Assembly: GCA_964384235.1 (NCBI GenBank)
Contig: CAYLJX010000001.1
Span: 169,110-233,109 of the forward strand
DNA length: 64,000 bases
Reading direction: 5' to 3'
Origin: an uncultured Bdellovibrionales bacterium
Lineage (GTDB): Bacteria; Patescibacteriota; Minisyncoccia; Moranbacterales; UBA1568
Shown here: positions 28,110 to 37,049 of the stretch, in pieces
How the letters are laid out: the number at the start of each line of letters is the position of its first letter
Position numbering within the stretch: position 1 is the stretch's first letter
The notes under the pieces: model-generated
What the model was told of the DNA's origin: nothing
The model's database searches: none
The model's input: the letters and a program-made list of their open reading frames with translations, nothing else
Made by a program: the position numbers and the translations under genes

Positions 28110-29230
28110 ACGACATTCCACGAGTAGTCCTGACAGGCGGGGTTTCCGGCGGGCACACGTTTCCCTTGGTCGCGGTCGCCCGGGAGCTGAAACGACAGTT
28201 TCCCGACGGTATCGAATTTCTCTTCATCGGTTCCCAGGGCCGCTTCGAAAGCGAGGCGATGGCAGTCGAACAGATTCCGGTCGTCTCCGTGCAGACGGGT
28301 AAGTGGCGCCGGTATTTTTCTTTACAGAATTTTACCGATCTTTTCCGTATCCCGATCGGATTTCTCCAATCTTTGTGGTACCTTTTCCGGTTTCTCCCGG
28401 ACGCGGTATTCGCCAAGGGAGGATCGGCTTCGGTGCCGGTGGTGCTCGCCGCCCGTCTCTATCGTATCCCGGTCATTATCCATGATTCTGATGCCGTAGC
28501 GGGAAGAGCCAACCGGTTCCTTTCACATTTCGCACAGCGTATTGCGATCGCGTATCCGAGCGCGCACCGGTTCTTCCCCGAGGAACGGACGGCACTGACC
28601 GGCAATCCTGTCCGGGAAGAGATCCTTGCAGGAGATGTTTCCCGTGCCGCAGCATCGTTCGGATTGCAAGCGGAAAAGCCGGCCGTGTTGGTAATTGGCG
28701 GGAGCCAGGGGGCGAGGATTCTCAACGTAGCGTGTCTTCGGGTCGTTCCGGCACTTTTGGAAAAAGGAGTGCAGGTCATCCATCAGACGGGGAGTGAAAA
28801 TTTCGATGATGTGGCTGACGCGGCCGAGGCTGTCGGCATACGGAGCGGGGAGAGAGGCTACGTGGCGGTACCGTTCATGACGGCCGAAGGCGTGGCGGAT
28901 GCACTCGCGCTCGCGACGGTCGTCGTATCGCGTGCTGGTGCCAGTTCGATCGCGGAACTCGCCGCGACCAGGAAAGCCGCTATCCTGGTGCCGCTCGGGA
29001 GCGCCGCCAACGACGAACAGCGGATGAACGCCTATGATATCGCCGACATCGGCGGAGCGGTCGTCCTCGAAGAAGGGAACCTCGGCGAACACCTGCTCCT
29101 GGAAAAGATCGAGGAGCTTTTGGGGAATGCTGAGCTGCGGACAACCATGGGACAAAAGATCTCCGCCTTCTATCATCCCGATGCCGCTCTCGCCATCGCT
29201 TCCGGTATCCGTGACGTGATGGTCAAATGA
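28106..29230 (+). CDS. murG: MurG glycosyltransferase
   Basis: GGVSGGH, GNPVR, GGSQGA, SRAGA. Confidence 0.95.
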   Translation: MNDIPRVVLTGGVSGGHTFPLVAVARELKRQFPDGIEFLFIGSQGRFESEAMAVEQIPVVSVQTGKWRRYFSLQNFTDLFRIPIGFLQSLWYLFRFLPDAVFAKGGSASVPVVLAARLYRIPVIIHDSDAVAGRANRFLSHFAQRIAIAYPSAHRFFPEERTALTGNPVREEILAGDVSRAAASFGLQAEKPAVLVIGGSQGARILNVACLRVVPALLEKGVQVIHQTGSENFDDVADAAEAVGIRSGERGYVAVPFMTAEGVADALALATVVVSRAGASSIAELAATRKAAILVPLGSAANDEQRMNAYDIADIGGAVVLEEGNLGEHLLLEKIEELLGNAELRTTMGQKISAFYHPDAALAIASGIRDVMVK

Positions 29231-29270
29231 TGTTTTCTGTACTCCTGACTTCCGTATTTTTCTGAACCGT

Positions 29271-30689
29271 ATGGATCTGAAACGATTGTCCCAACTGAAA
29301 AGCGTCCATATGATCGGCATCAAGGGTGCCGGGATGACGGCGCTCGCGGAACTCCTGAAGAAGCAGGGCGTCGCGGTGAGCGGTTCCGACACGGACGAAG
29401 TCTTTTTCACCGATCGCATTCTCAAGAAGGAGAAAATTCCCGTCACGGAGCATTTCGCTCCCGAGAACATCCCGGAGAATGTCAAAGCAGTCATCTATTC
29501 TACCGCCTACACTCCGGAGAAGAACGATGAACTGAAAGCGGCCTTCGAAAGGAAGAATCTGCCGGTACTTAGTTATCCGGAAGCGTTGGGGCTACTCACT
29601 CAGGAGAAAATGACACTCGCGGTCTGCGGTACCCATGGCAAGACGACCACGAGCGCGCTTTTGGCGGAGACACTCGAACACTGCGGACTGGATCCGTCGG
29701 CCATCGTGGGGAGCCGCATCATGAATTGGGAGGGAAACGCTCTTTCCGGAGAGGGGAAATATCTCGTCCTGGAAGCGGATGAATATCAGAACAAACTCGC
29801 CCAATACCAGCCCTTCGGGGCGATCCTCACCAGCGCGGACTATGATCACCCCGATTTCTTTCCCGATGAGAAGAGTTACGAGGAGGTTTTCGTCGAGTTC
29901 GTGAAGAAGATCCCGGCGCATGGTGTCCTGGTCTACTGCGCGGATTCGGCCGAGGTGGTCCGGATCGCTGAGCACGCGACGTGCAAAAAATTCTCCTACG
30001 GCTTTCTCGAGGGAGCGGATTTCCAGATCGTCGAGTACCGGCCGATTCCGCCGGGTTTTCTCGAAGACGGGCATGCTCTTCGGCAGTCGTTCTCCGTCAT
30101 CTATCAGGGGTCGCGCCTGGGGGAATGTTCACTCCGGTTGGCCGGGCGGCACAACGCCCTCAATGCGACAGCGGTCCTCGCGATGGCACTCTTTCTCAAT
30201 CAGGATATCGAGACGGTGACGGCCGCTTTCAAAAAGTTCTCCGGGACGGAGCGCCGGTTCGAGTATATCGGCGAACGCTACGGGGCGCTCATCTATGACG
30301 ACTATGCCCATCATCCCGAGGAGATCCGTGTGACACTGCGGGCGTTCCGTGATCTCTTTCCGGAGAAGAAGCTCCACGTCATCTTCCATCCGCACACCTT
30401 TACGCGCACCAAGGCACTCCTCACGGATTTCGCGCAGAGCTTCGACGATGCCGACAGCGTGGCGATTTTGGATATCTACGGGAGCGCTCGCGAGGAGCAG
30501 GGGGGTGTCTCGTCACAGGACCTCGTCGACCTCATCAACCGCTTTTTCCCCGGCAAAGCGACTCATGTTCCGTCGGTACCGGAACTCATCGGGGAAACGG
30601 AATCGAAGATGGGACGTCAGGATATCGTGATCACGCTCGGCGCCGGCAACGTCTGGGAGATTTCGCACGCGCTAGCGAAGAAAAAATAG
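29271..30689 (+). CDS. murC: UDP-N-acetylmuramate--L-alanine ligase
   Basis: GIKGAGM, GTHGKTTT, DDYAHHP. Confidence 0.95.
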   Translation: MDLKRLSQLKSVHMIGIKGAGMTALAELLKKQGVAVSGSDTDEVFFTDRILKKEKIPVTEHFAPENIPENVKAVIYSTAYTPEKNDELKAAFERKNLPVLSYPEALGLLTQEKMTLAVCGTHGKTTTSALLAETLEHCGLDPSAIVGSRIMNWEGNALSGEGKYLVLEADEYQNKLAQYQPFGAILTSADYDHPDFFPDEKSYEEVFVEFVKKIPAHGVLVYCADSAEVVRIAEHATCKKFSYGFLEGADFQIVEYRPIPPGFLEDGHALRQSFSVIYQGSRLGECSLRLAGRHNALNATAVLAMALFLNQDIETVTAAFKKFSGTERRFEYIGERYGALIYDDYAHHPEEIRVTLRAFRDLFPEKKLHVIFHPHTFTRTKALLTDFAQSFDDADSVAILDIYGSAREEQGGVSSQDLVDLINRFFPGKATHVPSVPELIGETESKMGRQDIVITLGAGNVWEISHALAKKK

Positions 30690-30693
30690 AAAA

Positions 30694-30841
30694 AATTTTC
30701 CCGAAAACCTTCCTATTCGAGACACTTAAAATTCCGAGCGGGCACGGTTCCGCCGAAGAGGTGGAGAGCGAGGAATTTTAGGAACGAGTGACTCGCCGGG
30801 GAAACGAGTGTGGTCGAGAAAGGAAGGTTGAGGGAAAAATT
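30694..30841 (+). repeat. Family B structured element, copy 2 (between murC and murB)
   Basis: Closing stem TTTTCCC..AACCTTCCT/AGGAAGGTT..GGGAAAA; shared core. Confidence 0.75.
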
Positions 30842-30853
30842 AAAACCACACCT

Positions 30854-31783
30854 ATGTTCACCGTCAAAAGAAACGTACCACTGGCTCCGATGACTACCTT
30901 CAAGATCGGAGGCAAGGCGGAATACTTCACGGAAGTCTCCGGCGCGTTGGAGCTGGCTGAGGCGCTCGAGTACGCCGAGAACAACAAGTTGCCTGTGTTC
31001 GTCTTCGGCGGCGGGAGCAATATCCTGTTTTCCGACAAAGGTTTCGCCGGCATAGTCATCCGGCTTCAGAACGGCGGGCTCAAAGTAAGCGGTGAGAAGA
31101 TCATCGTCGGGGCCGGTATCCCGCTCTTCGACGTGGTCAAAGCGGCTCGGGACGCTGGCCTTGCCGGTATCGAGAACCTGGCCGGCATCCCGGGATCTTT
31201 CGGTGGTGCGGTGCGCGGCAACGCCGGAGCGTTCGGAACGGAAATCGGTTCGGTCATATCAACGGTCAAGGCCTTCGCTCAGGATACGGGGCTGCTCACC
31301 GAGTATCGCAGAGACGAATGTGATTTCGGCTACCGTACCAGTCTTTTCAAGAAGCGACCGGGAACGATAGTCATTTCCGCGGAACTCATCCTGAAACCGG
31401 GAAACAGACAAGAGCTTGAGCGTATCGTGGAGGAAACGGTAGCGAAGCGCGAGGCCAAGCATCCGCAGTCGGCGAGCTGTGCCGGATCGTTCTTCATCAA
31501 TCCGATCGTCGAGGATGCAAACCTTTTGGAAGAATTCGAGAAGGATAACGGCGAACCGGCCCGCGGCGGCAAGCTGCCTGCCGGTTGGCTCATCGATCAT
31601 GCGGGACTGCGCGGAAAAAAAGTCGGCGGTGCACAGATCAGCGACCGTCATCCGAACTATCTCGTGAATACGGGGAACGCGACGGCCGAGGATGTCGTCA
31701 TGCTCGCAAGTCTTGTCAAGCAGCGCGTGCGTGACGAGCTTGGTGTCCAGCTCAAGGAAGAAGTACAGCTCGTGGGATTCTGA
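30854..31783 (+). CDS. murB: UDP-N-acetylenolpyruvoylglucosamine reductase
   Basis: TTFKIGG, GGGSN, GIPGSFGGAVRGNAGA, GSFFINP. Confidence 0.95.
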   Translation: MFTVKRNVPLAPMTTFKIGGKAEYFTEVSGALELAEALEYAENNKLPVFVFGGGSNILFSDKGFAGIVIRLQNGGLKVSGEKIIVGAGIPLFDVVKAARDAGLAGIENLAGIPGSFGGAVRGNAGAFGTEIGSVISTVKAFAQDTGLLTEYRRDECDFGYRTSLFKKRPGTIVISAELILKPGNRQELERIVEETVAKREAKHPQSASCAGSFFINPIVEDANLLEEFEKDNGEPARGGKLPAGWLIDHAGLRGKKVGGAQISDRHPNYLVNTGNATAEDVVMLASLVKQRVRDELGVQLKEEVQLVGF

Positions 31784-31921
31784 AAGATATTTCTCGTCCG
31801 GACGTAGTACGGAGTGAAGAAGAAAATTCAATCACGGTATCTTCGACCAACCCCCTATGAAGATGCTTCCGAAAAAAAACGAAACGAAAACGCATCACGA
31901 TGATCATATCGTGATGACAGG

Positions 31922-31973
31922 CAGGCCGATCGGCAGGACGTACGCGTCACGCTGACCGGCCTGTTTTCTTTTC
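31922..31973 (+). terminator. Probable terminator after murB
   Basis: CAGGCCG...CGGCCTG hairpin followed by TTTTCTTTT. Confidence 0.55.
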
Positions 31974-32192
31974 GAAAAAAACAAAAACAAACAATAACGG
32001 GCAAGAAACCTTTTTGAGAGAGCTCGTTTTTTCTTTTTGGAATTTTCAGGAAGTCATCGCTTCGGAGCAGGGGAGCCGAAGGTCGAAAGCGGATGACGGG
32101 GAACGTATAATCCGTAATCAATGATCAAAAATCCATCAATGTCGGCAACAGGTTTCCAAGGGTGAAGGAAGTCTGCTCCCGATACCAATCCT

Positions 32193-32765
32193 ATGCTGAA
32201 TATCATAAAAAGCCTGGTAGTCGTCATGGTAGCGGCGGCGGTCGTGAGCGGGGCGACCTATGCCGTGTTTTCCGCCACGGACTCCATCGATGACAACACC
32301 ATCACGACGGCCACCATCACGTTCGACGCCAAGGGCGAAGCGAACGAGACGACCTTGGCCAAACCGCTCAGTGCCAGCGGCCTTCTGCCGGGGGAATTTT
32401 CCGACTGGGCGCGCGGTGCGCTCTACAATCAGAGTGCCGTGCCGGTGAAGTTTTACATGTACGTGGACAACCTGGACGGTGCCGCCTGCCCCAAGGTCAA
32501 TCTGCGGGTGACGACCGGTCATGCCGGGAGCGACGCGGGTGAACGGGCGAGAGACGTCTTCAATGACGCGCTCCTCGATCTGGCAGGGGAGGCGAACCGG
32601 ATCGAAGTGACGGGTGTTCCTCCGTTCGAGACGGCCGGTCCCAATATCACGCAGGTGATCCAGCAGCGGGCACAACTCGACGAATCGACGGACAACGGTT
32701 CGCAGGGACAGGGCTGTACCTGGGATGAAGTCTTCATCGCGGAAGGTGCTCCCGAAGAAGAATAG
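32193..32765 (+). CDS. TasA/camelysin-like protein with SipW-dependent signal peptide
   Basis: GATYAVFS....DNTITTAT signal motif; C-terminal DNGSQG. Confidence 0.78.
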   Translation: MLNIIKSLVVVMVAAAVVSGATYAVFSATDSIDDNTITTATITFDAKGEANETTLAKPLSASGLLPGEFSDWARGALYNQSAVPVKFYMYVDNLDGAACPKVNLRVTTGHAGSDAGERARDVFNDALLDLAGEANRIEVTGVPPFETAGPNITQVIQQRAQLDESTDNGSQGQGCTWDEVFIAEGAPEEE

Positions 32766-32806
32766 ATCCGATACTTTCTTCATACATAATACGTAATACC
32801 ACACAT

Positions 32807-33421
32807 ATGGGAGGGATCATACGAAGCATATTCATCGTTCTGGCCGCCGTGGCCATCGTCGGTGTCGGGACGTACTCGTTCTTCAGTACGACCGATACGG
32901 CGAGCGGCAATACGATCACGGCTGGGACGCTTGCGATCGATCTTCTGAACCAGAACACGAGTAATCCGCTTCTGTTCAACATACCGAATGTCCTGCCGGG
33001 ACAGGAGGTATCGGTGAACTTCGACGTGAAGAACGACTCCGTCGCTTCCGGTGTCCAGCTGCGCGGGGCGGCTTTTGGGGCGTGGGACAACGTCTCGGGC
33101 GGGGACAACACACTGTTCAAGGTGACCAAGGTGGAGCGTTGGAACGGTGCGGCGTGGGTGACACTCGCTTCCAATCCGGGCGGCATCACCGGTATCTTCT
33201 ATGACAGCGCCGACGGTACCGACGATGAGGCGAACGACGGCGGAGCCGATGCCTTGTTCACGGTTCCGGCCGGAGGCAAGGACCAGTTCCAGCTCACGGT
33301 GAAGTTCGACGAGTCGGCGGGAGATGTCTATCAGGGAGAGCAGTACAACGCCGCCATCAAGGTCCAGGCCCGTCAGAACGGTGCGACGACCTGGCCGGTA
33401 GATCTCAATACCGGTTTCTAG
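32807..33421 (+). CDS. TasA-family protein with SipW-dependent signal peptide
   Basis: GTYSFFS..TASGNTITAGTL, NVLPG, SAGDVYQG. Confidence 0.82.
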   Translation: MGGIIRSIFIVLAAVAIVGVGTYSFFSTTDTASGNTITAGTLAIDLLNQNTSNPLLFNIPNVLPGQEVSVNFDVKNDSVASGVQLRGAAFGAWDNVSGGDNTLFKVTKVERWNGAAWVTLASNPGGITGIFYDSADGTDDEANDGGADALFTVPAGGKDQFQLTVKFDESAGDVYQGEQYNAAIKVQARQNGATTWPVDLNTGF

Positions 33422-33489
33422 TCGCGGTTTCTCCGGGGTCGTCCCTTCGAGGGGGCGAAGGGACGATCGGGAGAAGTCGTGTCTGAAAC

Positions 33490-34128
33490 ATGCCTGAGAA
33501 TATGATGAAAAAAATCCTCACGTTTTCCGTCAATGCGATTCTCCTCGGTATGGTCATCCTGGGAGCGTTGATCATCCTCTCGCTCTTGCCGATTCCGGGG
33601 AAGTACCGCATCTATGTGGTACAGTCCGGTTCGATGGAGCCGACCATCCGGACCGGAAGCCTCATTTTCGTGAAGCCGCAAAGCGGATATGCGACAGGCG
33701 ATATCGTGACGTGGCGTCCCATCTCGGGCAGGACGACCGTCACGCACCGTATCGTCGAGACGAAGGAGCGGGACGGTCGGACGGTCTTCTTCACCAAGGG
33801 GGATGCCAATGAGGCTCGGGACGAGGCGATGCAGGAGCAGCAGATCGTCGGCAAGACGCTCTTCTCCCTTCCGTATCTCGGCTACCCGGTCAACCTCGCG
33901 AAAACCAGGGCGGGGTTCCTGCTCTTGGTCATCCTCCCGGCTTTTCTCATCGTGCTCGATGAGGTCAATAACATCCGCAAGGAACTGGAGCGGCGCTCTC
34001 TCCGAAGGAAAGAAGAGCGAAGGCAGGCTGAAGCGTTTCCAGAAGATATTCCTTTCAGGGTGACATACCCAAAAAATATGAGATCGATGGACGGGATCGT
34101 ACGGTGGCGTCCCTTGAAGACGGTATAA
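33490..34128 (+). CDS. sipW: Signal peptidase I, SipW/ER-type (Ser-His)
   Basis: VVQSGSMEP, VTHRIV, TKGDAN. Confidence 0.9.
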   Translation: MPENMMKKILTFSVNAILLGMVILGALIILSLLPIPGKYRIYVVQSGSMEPTIRTGSLIFVKPQSGYATGDIVTWRPISGRTTVTHRIVETKERDGRTVFFTKGDANEARDEAMQEQQIVGKTLFSLPYLGYPVNLAKTRAGFLLLVILPAFLIVLDEVNNIRKELERRSLRRKEERRQAEAFPEDIPFRVTYPKNMRSMDGIVRWRPLKTV

Positions 34129-34138
34129 GACGACCGAT

Positions 34139-34636
34139 ATGCCTCGTATCATGAAAAACATCTTCTTGTCCGCGTTCGTCTGTTTTTCGTTGATCATTTC
34201 GGTCTCTTCCGGGACCCGTTCGACATACTCCGATGAGGACAGGATACGGGGGCACCGGATCGACACGGGACATTGGGAAGAGGAATCCCATGAGAAGGAA
34301 AAAGACCACAAGGAAAAAGACCGGGAAAAAGATATGGATGATGAGAAGGAAGATGAGCACGACGATGCGGTGGCGACGAAAGAAGACGAAGAGTCTCATG
34401 AATCTGCCGCAGTGTCCTCTGTCGCGGAGGAACAAGAAAAAGAAGAGGAAGGAAAACCGGAAGAATCAGAACCTTTGATCGGGTTGCAAAATGCATCGGA
34501 AGAAAAGACTGAAGGGAGTGAAGCGACCAAGGAAGAAAATGAAGAAAAGGAGAAATCCTTGGAAGATTTGGAAGACGATGAGTCGGAGCGGGAGAACGGG
34601 ATGCCTAAGTCCGATGAAGATACGGCAGAAGAGTAG
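34139..34636 (+). CDS. Acidic low-complexity protein with a SipW-type signal
   Basis: GTRSTYSDE....IDTGHW followed by an E/K/D-rich tail. Confidence 0.65.
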   Translation: MPRIMKNIFLSAFVCFSLIISVSSGTRSTYSDEDRIRGHRIDTGHWEEESHEKEKDHKEKDREKDMDDEKEDEHDDAVATKEDEESHESAAVSSVAEEQEKEEEGKPEESEPLIGLQNASEEKTEGSEATKEENEEKEKSLEDLEDDESERENGMPKSDEDTAEE

Positions 34637-34639
34637 CGT

Positions 34640-35473
34640 CTAGCTTTTCTCGAGGAAAAGGGCGGTTTTTCCTTCCGTGAGATTGTCGCTTCCTTTTAGG
34701 GCTTTCACGGAGAAGATACCGAGATCGAAGAGGCGGACGGCTGCCTGGAACGACATGAGCTCGGTCTCGCCGTAGACGATCGTCTGTCGGGCGGGCGGAA
34801 TCTCACCCGCGCGCTTCTCCAGTTCGCTTAAGGGGATGTTGACGGCGCCTTGGAGATGGATTTTCCGGAAAGCTTCCGGAGTCCGGACATCGAGCACGAA
34901 GAGGCCGGTGTTTCGATCGGCAAAAAGTTTCTTCAGCTCGTCCGCCGAGACAAAGGTGACTTTGGACTGGTCGACGAAGGAATTGGGATCGCCGGCCGAG
35001 AGGAGCCGGTTGCCGCCCTGCTTCCAGGCCTCGAACCCTCCCTCCAGGAAGAAGTAGGGGAATGATTTCCGGGCGAGGATGTTTCGGGCCGTCTCGTAGG
35101 CCGCCAGGTCCTGTTCCGAGAAAACGATGACGACGAGTTCATTCTTTCCGGGAGCCAGGTTTTCCAGGCTGCTTCCCGGCAGGGAGACAGAGTTCGGAAT
35201 GTGTTCGGCATCAAAGGCTTCTCGGGGTCGGATGTCGACGACGTATGTCTTTTCACCGTTCTGGATTTTTTTCCGGAGAACTTCGGGAGAGATGGTAGCG
35301 GTTTGGTCCTTCGATTTCGTTTCCTCCTTTTTGGCGAGATCGTTTATTTCCTGTTCCTTTTCGGACTTCGACCGCAGGATATCCTTCCCGATGAAGTACG
35401 CGCCCACGAGCAGGATAAGCCCGATACCGATGAGAACGGCCGTGACGTCATGTTTTCTGTTTTTTTGGGACAT
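34640..35473 (-). CDS. Membrane-anchored tandem rhodanese-like protein
   Basis: VDIR..EAF...HIPNS, LEGGFEAW, LDVR...HLQGAVNIP; no cysteines. Confidence 0.85.
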   Translation of the reverse strand: MSQKNRKHDVTAVLIGIGLILLVGAYFIGKDILRSKSEKEQEINDLAKKEETKSKDQTATISPEVLRKKIQNGEKTYVVDIRPREAFDAEHIPNSVSLPGSSLENLAPGKNELVVIVFSEQDLAAYETARNILARKSFPYFFLEGGFEAWKQGGNRLLSAGDPNSFVDQSKVTFVSADELKKLFADRNTGLFVLDVRTPEAFRKIHLQGAVNIPLSELEKRAGEIPPARQTIVYGETELMSFQAAVRLFDLGIFSVKALKGSDNLTEGKTALFLEKS

Positions 35474-35509
35474 GACTTTTCGTTTCGGATGTTTCTTGAA
35501 ACAAAGACC

Positions 35510-36562
35510 TTACTGAAGGAGGGAACCGATGAAGCCCGCGTTCCCGCGCATGAATTCGGCGACGGACATCTTATCCTTGCCTTCGAGTTGGATCTCTTCG
35601 AGGAGAATGACGCCTGATCCGGACTGGACGCCGATCTTTTCCCCGAGTTCGAAGACTTCGCCTGTCCGATAGTGCGTCTCCGGGGTCTGTTTCTGAAAAG
35701 AGATCTGATGGAGTTTCAGGCGCAGGAGATCGTCGTCCTTTTTCCAAAAGGTGAAGATGCCCGGCCATGGGGAGAGCGCGCGGTAGCGGTTGTAGATCTC
35801 CTCGGCATCGTTCGTCCAGACGATCCGACCATCCTGGCGTTCGATGAGCTGGCAGAGGGTGGCCCCGTCGTTTTCCTGCTGTTGCGGCGTGATCCTCCGC
35901 TCCACCCAGAGCGGAATGGTTTCCAGGAGGAGTTCCCGTCCGATGTGGACGAGTCTCGCCGTGAGGTCCTCGCGCATCTCCGTGGGAAAGATCTCGATGC
36001 CTTTCTGGGCGAGGATGTCACCGGTGTCCATGCCTTCGTCCATCTGCATGATGGTGATACCGGTCGTCGTATCGCCGGAAAGGAGCGCGTTGTGGATGGG
36101 GGAGGCGCCGCGCCATCTCGGGAGGAGCGAAGCATGCACGTTGATGCAGCCGAAGCCAGGGATCTTCAGGAGTTCCTCGGGAAGGATTTTGCCGTAGGCG
36201 GCGACCACGATGAGGTCCGGTTTCCAGGCTCGTACCTTCTCGATGGCGGCTTCGTCGAGTTTCCCGGGCTGTTCAATCGGTAGATCGTGGGCCAAGGCGA
36301 GTGTTTTCACGGCGCTCTGCTCGATCTCTTTCTTGCGGCCGACGGGCTTGTCGGGTTTGGTCACGACGCCGACGATGTTGTACTCTTTCGTGATGAGACC
36401 CTCGAGCATCGAGGCGGCAAAGGCGGGCGTTCCCATGAAGACGACGCGGATCTTGGGGGTTTCCCGGTACGATGCTTCTTCTGTCCGGGGTTCTTCCTGA
36501 GGTGTCGTCTTTTTTTCTTGCACCGTCTGTCGTTTCTGACGGAACATGTCGAGGAAAGCCAT
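35510..36562 (-). CDS. fmt: Methionyl-tRNA formyltransferase
   Basis: VFMGTPAF, INVHASLLPRWRGASP. Confidence 0.97.
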   Translation of the reverse strand: MAFLDMFRQKRQTVQEKKTTPQEEPRTEEASYRETPKIRVVFMGTPAFAASMLEGLITKEYNIVGVVTKPDKPVGRKKEIEQSAVKTLALAHDLPIEQPGKLDEAAIEKVRAWKPDLIVVAAYGKILPEELLKIPGFGCINVHASLLPRWRGASPIHNALLSGDTTTGITIMQMDEGMDTGDILAQKGIEIFPTEMREDLTARLVHIGRELLLETIPLWVERRITPQQQENDGATLCQLIERQDGRIVWTNDAEEIYNRYRALSPWPGIFTFWKKDDDLLRLKLHQISFQKQTPETHYRTGEVFELGEKIGVQSGSGVILLEEIQLEGKDKMSVAEFMRGNAGFIGSLLQ

Positions 36563-36569
36563 AGGGGTT

Positions 36570-37049
36570 TTAGATTACCAATTTCTCTTTTGCTGTCTGT
36601 TTCTTGAAACGGTTGACGATGAGGATGCCGTTGAGATGGTCGATCTCGTGCTGGAGCACGATGGCGAGGAGACCGGTGGCGCGGAGCTTTTTCGGGAGAC
36701 CCTTTTCATTCAGGTACTTCACGGTGACCGTTTCCGATCGGATGATGGGGAAGAACTCTCCGGGGAGACTGAGACAGCCTTCCTCGAAGACGATCTTTTC
36801 CTGGGAGAAGGACGTTATCTCGGGATTGATGAAGTAACCGATCTTGCCATCGACTTCGGTGACGCATACCGCGATGGAACGGTCGATCTGCGGCGCGGCG
36901 AGACCGATGCCTTTCTCCTTGTGCATGGTCTCTACCATTTCCGGGAGGAGGGCTTGGATCTCGGGACTCTGCGGATCTTTGACCTTTTCGGTCTTTTTGA
37001 GAAGCACCTTGGTGGTGGCGCCGGTGATGAGTGTGAGCATAGGAGTCAT
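36570..37049 (-). CDS. def: Peptide deformylase
   Basis: GIGLAAPQ, EGCLS, QHEIDH. Confidence 0.97.
   Translation of the reverse strand: MTPMLTLITGATTKVLLKKTEKVKDPQSPEIQALLPEMVETMHKEKGIGLAAPQIDRSIAVCVTEVDGKIGYFINPEITSFSQEKIVFEEGCLSLPGEFFPIIRSETVTVKYLNEKGLPKKLRATGLLAIVLQHEIDHLNGILIVNRFKKQTAKEKLVI

Noticed and set aside
31960-32190. c-di-GMP or c-di-AMP riboswitch before the TasA-like operon
   Set aside because: Hairpins are present, but the GEMM and ydaO consensus motifs could not be matched by eye.
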